In this document: positions 1-7,080 of the stretch, piece after piece
Layout: the number at the start of each line of letters is the position of its first letter
How positions within the stretch are numbered: position 1 is the stretch's first letter
Origin: a virus
IMG/VR virus record: IMGVR_UViG_3300013099_000021
Coordinates: 6,817-70,816 of that record
DNA length: 64,000 nt
Direction: 5' to 3' (one strand)
The notes under the pieces: model-generated
What the model saw: only the letters and a program-made list of their open reading frames with translations
What the model was told of the DNA's origin: nothing
Databases searched by the model: none
Position numbers and translations under genes: made by a program

Positions 1-58
1 GTGAAGAGTGCGAAGAGACTTGGAGAGAAATGTTCACAATGACAAATATTGACATATT

Positions 59-223
59 ATGAAAACAACCAAAGAAATGCTAACAGCTTTCCGGGATATT
101 CGCAGGATATGTGAAGAACCCGGCAAATGCTCTGATAAACTGGATCTAATCCATTCTCTTGCAGATGATTTTGTGTACGAACTAACAGGAGGTGACAGAG
201 ATCAAACACACACACGGCTATGA
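59..223 (+). CDS. small hypothetical protein (54 aa, MKTTKEMLTAF...), not in ORF track
   Basis: ATG at 59, TGA at 221-223, ATGA overlap with the next ORF. Confidence 0.55.
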   Translation: MKTTKEMLTAFRDIRRICEEPGKCSDKLDLIHSLADDFVYELTGGDRDQTHTRL

Positions 224-486
224 GATTATTCAAATTAAGAAGGCAGACAGCAAAGACTCACCGCATAGGGGCCAGCACCCCTTGTCGGTGGGCAGAGATC
301 ACCACCGATGATATTAAGATAGTCATTGATGGCTGTAAGACGAACAACTCCCTCCTTATACGGGTAGAGGCCAACGGAGTAATATATCAACTCACAGACT
401 CGCTGCTTGAGCTGATGTTGGGCAAGGTAGCGGAGGAGTATTCAAATGAATTTCTAACTTTCAACGTGTACGAGATAAATGGCTAA
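220..486 (+). CDS. hypothetical phage protein
   Basis: part of a tightly coupled + strand ORF run. Confidence 0.6.
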   Translation: MRLFKLRRQTAKTHRIGASTPCRWAEITTDDIKIVIDGCKTNNSLLIRVEANGVIYQLTDSLLELMLGKVAEEYSNEFLTFNVYEING

Positions 487-748
487 ACCGATCAGGATAT
501 ATCTGTCCCAACAACACCAACCCAATATTGGTAAATGGGAGATTTACAGGGAGGGCAAGCCTACCGGTGAGATGGTCACCAACGCCACCATACGCAAGAT
601 CTTGGACCGGGATCAATACAAGGACTTCCTCCTGGGGGATTCTATTTTCTTGATACCAGGGGAGCGGTTCCGGTGCAGGAGTCATAAGGAGAAGGTGGTC
701 AAGGGTGGTAGGACATATCTCAATAAGCGTAGAACCAAAAACAAGTAA
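479..748 (+). CDS. hypothetical phage protein
   Basis: coupled ORF, basic C-terminus. Confidence 0.6.
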   Translation: MAKPIRIYLSQQHQPNIGKWEIYREGKPTGEMVTNATIRKILDRDQYKDFLLGDSIFLIPGERFRCRSHKEKVVKGGRTYLNKRRTKNK

Positions 749-775
749 GTATTATTTAATAAATTGTAGCGGATT

Positions 776-1177
776 ATGAAAAAGATAATGGATATAGAGC
801 TTCCTCTCAGGAAAACTCACAGGCTGCATGGGAGCGATCAGGTTATGCTTGATGTGCTATTCGATATGAAGGTACCGGACATGAACACCCTCTTAGCTAG
901 ACTGAGCAAAAGCGGCACTCCTGCCCTCATCGTTATAAAGGTGGGTGAGCTTAACATCATCATGGTACTGATGTATTTACCACCGGATATATGGCTGGAC
1001 TTTGATAATCAGAAGTATCAGGTGTTCATTGCTCCATCGGTGGAGATGGTCATCCATTACTTTGTTGACCGGAGGATGAGGACCCATGATTCTCTTGAGT
1101 TGAGCATACTAACGAAGATGATCGAATTTCTTCAATCATACATCACAAATCAACAACGGGTATCCCATACGTGGTAA
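776..1177 (+). CDS. hypothetical phage protein
   Basis: 133-aa ORF with AT-rich leader. Confidence 0.65.
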   Translation: MKKIMDIELPLRKTHRLHGSDQVMLDVLFDMKVPDMNTLLARLSKSGTPALIVIKVGELNIIMVLMYLPPDIWLDFDNQKYQVFIAPSVEMVIHYFVDRRMRTHDSLELSILTKMIEFLQSYITNQQRVSHTW

Positions 1178-1191
1178 TATGTGATTCCCTT

Positions 1192-1235
1192 GGGTGGGAA
1201 GGGGTTTGTATTGGTTTCTCCTTCCTGCCCTCTTT
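1192..1235 (+). terminator. putative stem-loop/terminator
   Basis: GGGTGGGAAGGGG...CTCCTTCCTGCCC followed by TCTTT in an intergenic gap. Confidence 0.4.
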
Positions 1236-1249
1236 AAAAACTCAACGCT

Positions 1250-1513
1250 ATGGAAAAAGAGATTAGACCAGGAGTATTCATTTCTGTAATATCGCATGAG
1301 AAGTTTGCTGACAGGCTGATCACCCTAACCGGTGAGGATCTGCACCACTTCATTCTAAAGTGCAACAAGTTCAAGCTATCCATGAAAGCATTAGCGCCAG
1401 TGGGAATAAAACCCTATGAACTTCAAATGGCCTGTGAAGAGTTGGATGATGAATTTGATCCGGAGTACGATTACTTCACGGTGCGAAATGTACCAAACAA
1501 AGAAGGGGCCTAG
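1250..1513 (+). CDS. hypothetical phage protein
   Basis: 87-aa ORF ending at the strand-convergence point. Confidence 0.6.
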   Translation: MEKEIRPGVFISVISHEKFADRLITLTGEDLHHFILKCNKFKLSMKALAPVGIKPYELQMACEELDDEFDPEYDYFTVRNVPNKEGA

Positions 1514-1525
1514 CGCCCCTTTTTT
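1503..1525. terminator. intrinsic terminator at convergence of + and - gene blocks
   Basis: AAGGGGC-ctagc-GCCCCTTTTTT hairpin with T tract. Confidence 0.6.
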
Positions 1526-1983
1526 AATGCCTTGAAAAACCTCTCATTCAGCTTACCGACCTTGGCTGTTTGTTCCAATGGAGAGTATTTATAACCGATG
1601 ATTCCCCCTTGTGTAGTTGGGAAAACCTTCTTATACTCCTTCTTCAATTCTTCCTCCAAAGCCTTTAAAGGACCCCAATCGGCTGATTTAACGTCTAATG
1701 CGTAAGATATTCGGGCTTCTTCTGTGCCTTGGTCCAGTAGAGCGTGTTCTCCGGGCGTTAAAAGCACAATGTTCTTGGCATAATACTTAAAGTAGGGATA
1801 TTTGTTCTGCCCTTTAGCCAGGACATGAGCAAAGCAGTTGAAGAATAGATCTGTATTAACAAACTCCCGGAGGAATAGATTAGATACCATCGATTTCTTA
1901 TTGGAGTTAATCCAAATCTGTTTGAAGATAGCAACCTGGGTTAGCTGCGCTCCCCGGCTTACTCTGTTATACTGGTGGCTCAT
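1510..1983 (-). CDS. degenerate HNH-like nuclease-fold protein
   Basis: FAHVLAKG..YP....NIVLLTPGEH resembles the HNH core; start taken at MSHQY (1983). Confidence 0.45.
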   Translation of the reverse strand: MSHQYNRVSRGAQLTQVAIFKQIWINSNKKSMVSNLFLREFVNTDLFFNCFAHVLAKGQNKYPYFKYYAKNIVLLTPGEHALLDQGTEEARISYALDVKSADWGPLKALEEELKKEYKKVFPTTQGGIIGYKYSPLEQTAKVGKLNERFFKALKKGR

Positions 1984-2227
1984 AACTTGATTTTTCAATA
2001 TCGACTTGAAATAAATGCCTGGTGAATGGGTGTAAGTTAACAAACTCTGATTCGGGAGGAAAGATCTCGGCCATATAAACATCATCAGGACAAAATCTAT
2101 ATCTGGCTGCCTTCATCTCCTTGTAGGAGGGCATAACGCCTCTTGCTGAAATAGACAGGTGCCATCCTCCACCGTCAATAGTGACAATGATAAAACAGCG
2201 ACCCGTCTTAAATACTCCTTCCTTCAT
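1967..2227 (-). CDS. conserved small phage protein (DUF7694-like)
   Basis: WHLSIS..PSYKEM...RF...EIFPPESEFVNLHP..HL pattern. Confidence 0.55.
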   Translation of the reverse strand: MKEGVFKTGRCFIIVTIDGGGWHLSISARGVMPSYKEMKAARYRFCPDDVYMAEIFPPESEFVNLHPFTRHLFQVDIEKSSYEPPV

Positions 2228-2228
2228 G

Positions 2229-2867
2229 CTACAACTTCAAATTATCAGCCGTAGGCTCTATCTTAGCATTAGAGGGATTGTAGCTGTTTGGGTAAGGGTT
2301 AGGCTCATTAAGCCTCTTCAGATCCATTCCCAGCCACATAATAGCCTCCTGTACCTTTGTAATGGCAAGCGACCTCTCCCTGGAACCATGACACCCCTTT
2401 ATGTTTTGCAGTTGAGCGTCCAGGCCAACACGGAGGAGTTTGTCTGCCTTGACATCTTTCCGGTGAGCTTCTTCTTGATCAATAATCCTCTGATCCTCAA
2501 AATTGAAATGAAATGGCTCCTGGACCAGGGAATCGACAATGCTTGCAAACAAGAGATCCTTCTTCTGCTGAAATACAGGTAACTTGTCGAATGTAACGAT
2601 ACAAGGGTGTGTCTTAGCACCGGGATCTTTCACCTCTCCCCACTCCCAACCATCATCAAGTTTATCTTTCACCCAGTTATTGTGCTGCGCTTCATGCCCT
2701 GCTCTCGGATTTTCAAGCCTGAACTGAACACCTTTAATGGCTGAATCCTGTTGCCATTTAGGTGCCTCAAACCAATCTGATTGACTGTCATCACCATTAG
2801 CCTCGCACCATGCCTTGTTAGCCTGGTGGCATACAATGGCCACGTAAATAATCATACTTTCATTCAT
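2229..2867 (-). CDS. RyR-domain protein fused to Acb2/Tad1-like helical hairpin
   Basis: HNNW...GWEWGEVKD..KTHPCIV.FDKLP (RyR); C-terminal SRERSLAITKVQEAIMWL; start at MNES 2867. Confidence 0.65.
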   Translation of the reverse strand: MNESMIIYVAIVCHQANKAWCEANGDDSQSDWFEAPKWQQDSAIKGVQFRLENPRAGHEAQHNNWVKDKLDDGWEWGEVKDPGAKTHPCIVTFDKLPVFQQKKDLLFASIVDSLVQEPFHFNFEDQRIIDQEEAHRKDVKADKLLRVGLDAQLQNIKGCHGSRERSLAITKVQEAIMWLGMDLKRLNEPNPYPNSYNPSNAKIEPTADNLKL

Positions 2868-2888
2868 AATTTGATATTTAAGGTTTAT

Positions 2889-2925
2889 AAAAAAAGGGTA
2901 GTAAGCCATCTCAGCTAACTACCCC
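2889..2925 (-). terminator. rho-independent terminator
   Basis: GGGTAGTTAGC-TGAGATG-GCTTACTACCC-TTTTTTT on - strand. Confidence 0.75.
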
Positions 2926-2967
2926 ATCTAATTGTCATAAGTAAGAGTTCTCTACAAATGTAGGGAA

Positions 2968-4503
2968 TCAAATACTATTTAACAAGGTGTTAATCTCTGC
3001 CGTTGTTGCTTTGTAGCAAAAATCCTCCTTCACCCTGTACTCTTGAAACTGGGGGAACTTGGTTTTAAGCATGGTGTCAAAGACTCCGTTATCAACACCG
3101 GCCACGTTAGCCATCTCTTCGAATAAAGTCTTAACCTGATCAAAACCCCTCTTGCCATCCACCAGGTCAGGAACATCGATGTTGAACTTATTGGTGTCCA
3201 CTCTTTCCTCGATAGGAGGCAAAGGATCTAGTTCCGGCTCTGGTTCCTGATTGCCCACTGGCTCCACCTCGATCTCATCAGTGGTCCTGGACTCATACTC
3301 GGCCTGTTGAGGATCTTCCGGTATCTTCTCTCCTATTGGTGGCATCTTGGCCACTGTGGAAGGATCACTTAGATCTGGATTTGCTGTTGGATCAAACTTC
3401 TCAATCATTCCGACCACATTACCCTCATAGAAGGAAAGGATAATCAACCGGAGCTTCTTATTGGTATTCTTCCCTGGATCAATTTCCCTGGCCTTGGTCA
3501 TCAGCCCATCACACTCAATTATAGTATTGAGATCTGCTGTGTCCATCTCCTTCATCTCCTCCATAGAGTAAACCATTACGAACCCCGGTGTGCCGTTAAG
3601 CATGGTGCCCTTGCTCTCTCTGGCTGGTTGATCGTCCTGGGTAACTGGATATGACTCTCCCAGTGTAGAAGGATACTTCTTCGCCTGACTGTCATCGGGC
3701 ATAGCATCATGCTCTACTGGTGGTGGTGGCTCCAAATCCCCTGCTCTCTTGTCGATCTGGGAATTAGCCTTGCTGGTCAGATCCTCGCTCCTATTCTTGG
3801 AGAAATCCTTATCCGGGATAATAACCTCTGTGCCTTGATTGGTGGTGACTACAACAGTGGTGTCCTGTGGCAGATCCATCGCTTCCTCAGTGGTGTAACT
3901 ACCACTCAGCACATCAGGAAACAGATCCCTGGCAAGGAAGCCAAGCACCCTGTATGCAATCATCCTCTCCGGATACTTGTACCATGCAGATTTAAGGTAC
4001 TTCCAACCATCCTGCCCATTGATCATCTTCTGAGTAATCCACAAGCCTGCTCTCTTAGCCTGGTCTACACCAAAGGTCCTGGACATGGTTTCCTGTGTAT
4101 CGGATCTCTTGGCAGTAATGGTACACTCATAACTTTCGTCACTAAGCGAACCAGTGATAGTTTCTTTCCAAGTTCCCGGGGCGAGCTTACCTGATTTGAA
4201 GATAAGCGTCTTAGCTGCATCTCCCTTGATACTGAGCAGACCGTTCACTGGGATAATGTGCTGCAGAGCTACCAATGGCTTTAGGCCAAGGTCATCACCA
4301 TGCACACAAACCAGGATAACCGAAGCTACATTCCCTTTGGCGTAGTCCGGCTTCCCTTTGTCATTCTTCTCGTAGAAATGATCAGGGGCCAGCCTGCTGT
4401 CCAGTATCATCTGTGCAGCCACCTTCATCTCATCTAGATTTTTAATTGCAGTGTCCAGGAATGTTCCTGTTCCGACTACTGCCACTTTTCTTTCTTGTTC
4501 CAT
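2968..4503 (-). CDS. RecT-like ssDNA annealing protein with long acidic C-terminal extension
   Basis: LGLKPLVALQHIIPVNG...AKRAGLW...WYKYPERMIAYRVLGFLARDLFPDVLSG motifs; partner YqaJ exonuclease in the same operon. Confidence 0.7.
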   Translation of the reverse strand: MEQERKVAVVGTGTFLDTAIKNLDEMKVAAQMILDSRLAPDHFYEKNDKGKPDYAKGNVASVILVCVHGDDLGLKPLVALQHIIPVNGLLSIKGDAAKTLIFKSGKLAPGTWKETITGSLSDESYECTITAKRSDTQETMSRTFGVDQAKRAGLWITQKMINGQDGWKYLKSAWYKYPERMIAYRVLGFLARDLFPDVLSGSYTTEEAMDLPQDTTVVVTTNQGTEVIIPDKDFSKNRSEDLTSKANSQIDKRAGDLEPPPPVEHDAMPDDSQAKKYPSTLGESYPVTQDDQPARESKGTMLNGTPGFVMVYSMEEMKEMDTADLNTIIECDGLMTKAREIDPGKNTNKKLRLIILSFYEGNVVGMIEKFDPTANPDLSDPSTVAKMPPIGEKIPEDPQQAEYESRTTDEIEVEPVGNQEPEPELDPLPPIEERVDTNKFNIDVPDLVDGKRGFDQVKTLFEEMANVAGVDNGVFDTMLKTKFPQFQEYRVKEDFCYKATTAEINTLLNSI

Positions 4504-4522
4504 ATAATTTTGATTTTTAAGG

Positions 4523-5092
4523 TTATTTTACTTGTTTAAATTCGACTACCTCGAACACGCCAAACTCACCCTTATGTTCTGGCCTGTAACTTCCAATACC
4601 AAACATGGTCCCGGCAAACTCTAATATTGACTCAACGGTTTGTTTGGTGATCGTGTCATTCTTCACGTTAATAGTGAAGGAGAGGGATAAATCATTCCAC
4701 CTGGGTCTGATCGCAATGATTCGTGCCTTGACATTCCGGTTTACGGCACTACGCTTGTCAATAGTGTCGAAATCCCTGACAATAATCTCCTCCGGAGAGA
4801 CTGTGAATAGACCGGCAACGATGTTTGTCATGGACTTTCGACCATTGCCGACCTTTGCTTTCACCTGTGTCCCTCCATTTATTAGGGATTGCTTGATGTG
4901 TTCAGAAGGAACGAAACATTCCCCCTTACTGTTGCGATAACAGTGGAACTCTGCACGAACGAGATCCTCTTGGTTTACATCATCTCTCTCAATGATTTTA
5001 CCCCTGTTCTTTTCCCATTCTTCTAATTTCTGATCATCCATCCGATGTTGCATATACTTCTCGGTGTGGATCTTTACTCTAAATTGTTTCAT
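4523..5092 (-). CDS. stand-alone Cas7/RAMP-like protein (about 189 aa)
   Basis: N-terminal beta strand, YRNSKGECFVPSEHIKQSL (RAMP 'IPGSSLKG' equivalent), C-terminal Gly loop GIGSYRPEHKGEFGVFEV; ATG 5092 preceded by TCAAAGCT as in other genes here. Confidence 0.7.
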   Translation of the reverse strand: MKQFRVKIHTEKYMQHRMDDQKLEEWEKNRGKIIERDDVNQEDLVRAEFHCYRNSKGECFVPSEHIKQSLINGGTQVKAKVGNGRKSMTNIVAGLFTVSPEEIIVRDFDTIDKRSAVNRNVKARIIAIRPRWNDLSLSFTINVKNDTITKQTVESILEFAGTMFGIGSYRPEHKGEFGVFEVVEFKQVK

Positions 5093-5114
5093 AGCTTTGA
5101 ATTTTAAATTAAAC

Positions 5115-5474
5115 AAAAAATTACTGAACGAAACTAAACTCTACTTGACCTCACAAAACATCACATAACTAAACTTCAAAATACTGCACCTAACTCGACT
5201 TTACTTTACCTTGCGTTACTAAACATCACATCACACAACAGTACCAAACTTTAAAATACTATACATAACAGGACCCCACTTTACAACACAAAACCAAACA
5301 TCAAAATACTTGACTTCACAACACTTCACAGAACCCAACTTTACATAACATAACAACAAATTACTTTACAAAACTCAACTCAACGGCACATAACGTGACA
5401 CTACCTCACTATACTTTAAAATACTATACCGCACAAGACAATACCCTACCCCACATAACGTCACATGACCCTAC
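5115..5474 (-). ncRNA. 5-nt-periodic (GT-NNN)n guide-like array, six blocks separated by GTAWTTTNNN linkers
   Basis: AC in perfect 5-nt phase on + strand in 65 of 71 slots from 5120-5474; linkers at 5115, 5175, 5250, 5300, 5355, 5415; blocks of 10, 13, 8, 9, 10, 10 units. The repeat is directly seen; RNA function is inferred. Confidence 0.8.
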
Positions 5475-5475
5475 C

Positions 5476-6054
5476 TCAATAGTTTAATTGGTTGTGTTTC
5501 GATGTCCAGTTTCGGTCCCCTGGTGGATTCCAGGGTATTCCCAAAAAGTCAAAGAACGCATATTCAGTATCAAAGACCGGGGGCTTTGTTTCCTTCCCCT
5601 TAAACTCCTTTTTCAGGGTCCATTTAGATGCTTTTTTGTCACATTCAGCCTTACGCCTCAATCCCCACTCGGTACCGCACCATCCTAACCGGTTCCATGT
5701 AATTGCCAGTTTGATATGGCTGAAAGCAGAAGATCCTGTTCTGATTGCCAAAATTCGACCATAATCATGGCGCTGCGCTATATAAAGTTCCACCTGGATC
5801 TTGTCTTTAGGGTACTTAAACCGCTTTAGACGCTTACCATTGACAACCATCCCTGGATACTTTTCATGGAAGAGATTGTCCAGGCTGTTAAAAGCGCTCT
5901 CAGTGCAAACTATCTCAATATCGCCAACCTCCTTACATCCCCTGCGAACACTACCAGCTATCTCCCTGACATCTGTGTATGGTTCGATGAGGATAAGGAA
6001 CCGTCTGGCTACATTGAGTGCCTTTTCTAATTTGATCTTTTCTCCGCTACTCAT
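5476..6054 (-). CDS. minimal PolX-family nucleotidyltransferase
   Basis: IAGSVRRGCKEVGDIEIV, VELYI, RTGS motifs, C-terminal TEYAFFDFLGIPWNPP; start at MSSGEK 6054. Confidence 0.8.
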   Translation of the reverse strand: MSSGEKIKLEKALNVARRFLILIEPYTDVREIAGSVRRGCKEVGDIEIVCTESAFNSLDNLFHEKYPGMVVNGKRLKRFKYPKDKIQVELYIAQRHDYGRILAIRTGSSAFSHIKLAITWNRLGWCGTEWGLRRKAECDKKASKWTLKKEFKGKETKPPVFDTEYAFFDFLGIPWNPPGDRNWTSKHNQLNY

Positions 6055-6730
6055 CTCTGAGCTTTTTCGCAAAGTACGTCTGTCCCTTTCCTGTGATCTT
6101 TGTTGTCCTGCTAGTGAAAGTTTGATCTGCTGCTCCAATGGTTCTCTCAATCACTTCAAATAAACCTTGCTGAACATAGTTCTGATACGGTTCATTGCCT
6201 CTATTAAGGTACCCATTGTCCCGGAACCACTTAAATAACCTGTTCTGGCCTATCTCAAAACCGTCATCGCTCAAAATCTTTGCGAAGTGTCTTGTTAGAA
6301 TAGAGTTATCACTTCCGGAAACAGCATCAGCAAAAACAACCTTTGATCTGTCATTTTCGATTTTCGCTTCAAGGGCAAGTCGCTTTTGATACTCCTCCTG
6401 CCAGTTCTGAACCAGTTTAAGAACTGTCTCTGGATTGGTGAAGTCAATAGCTTTCTGTTCCAGCTCCTCCCACCTACGGTTAATCTTTATCCTTAACTCA
6501 ACACTATACCCAGTCATCAAGTCAAATGTCTGTATCCGGCTTAGAAGAAATTGAGGCTGCTCTTTGTTCTGCTCGTTCCGATAAGAGGACCGCTCAAGTT
6601 TGGGCAGTCCTAATTTCTCGTAGTTAACATTCAGAGTTTCAATATCACGAAGAACGTGCTTGTGTTGCTTCCCTGTCAACTCCGCAATCTCACGGCTTGA
6701 CATCGACTGCTTATTTGCTAATTCTTCCAT
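6047..6730 (-). CDS. Rha-family/ANT antirepressor
   Basis: MSSREIAELTGKQHKHVLRDI (Rha N-term); IGQNRLFKWFRDNGYL...TKITGKGQTYF (ANT C-term). Confidence 0.85.
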   Translation of the reverse strand: MEELANKQSMSSREIAELTGKQHKHVLRDIETLNVNYEKLGLPKLERSSYRNEQNKEQPQFLLSRIQTFDLMTGYSVELRIKINRRWEELEQKAIDFTNPETVLKLVQNWQEEYQKRLALEAKIENDRSKVVFADAVSGSDNSILTRHFAKILSDDGFEIGQNRLFKWFRDNGYLNRGNEPYQNYVQQGLFEVIERTIGAADQTFTSRTTKITGKGQTYFAKKLRDE

Positions 6731-7044
6731 TATTCCCGATCTACGATACAACTGGTGCCTTCCAGGTTAGTGAACCATCTGGCCTTGCCACCGCCATCGA
6801 TGTGCTTCCTCCCTCTCAGGTGGAAATCAATGTTGACCCAATCGCCCTCACGGATATTATTAAGCATATCCATGTTGTCGTTCACAAAATCAAATGCGAA
6901 CTCCTGCTTGTACTTAGACAATACCCACCCTTCCATTACTATGGTGCGCTTCATTAAACTCTCTGTGCCTGGAATTAAACCAGGCATACCGACCCATAAT
7001 ACCTTGCCGGAGATTGCGAACTCATTTACTTGTGTTTTTCCCAT
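6730..7044 (-). CDS. DUF3127-family single-stranded DNA-binding protein
   Basis: KYKQEFAFDF...GDWVNIDFHLRGR...RWFTNLEG, Bacteroidota/crAss-type SSB. Confidence 0.75.
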   Translation of the reverse strand: MGKTQVNEFAISGKVLWVGMPGLIPGTESLMKRTIVMEGWVLSKYKQEFAFDFVNDNMDMLNNIREGDWVNIDFHLRGRKHIDGGGKARWFTNLEGTSCIVDRE

Positions 7045-7080
7045 CGTTACGTTTTTTTAGTGAATGTTAAAATATGTTGC

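Noticed and set aside
5093-5116. ORF-track N-terminal extension MFNLKFKA of the Cas7-like gene
   Set aside because: TTG start overlaps the array end; ATG 5092 has the TCAAAGCT leader shared with genes starting at 12514 and 54163
5115-5474. Canonical CRISPR array or simple microsatellite
   Set aside because: No 25-45-bp direct repeats; only 2 of every 5 bases are fixed, and the variable bases are non-repetitive and in one block decode to a real peptide
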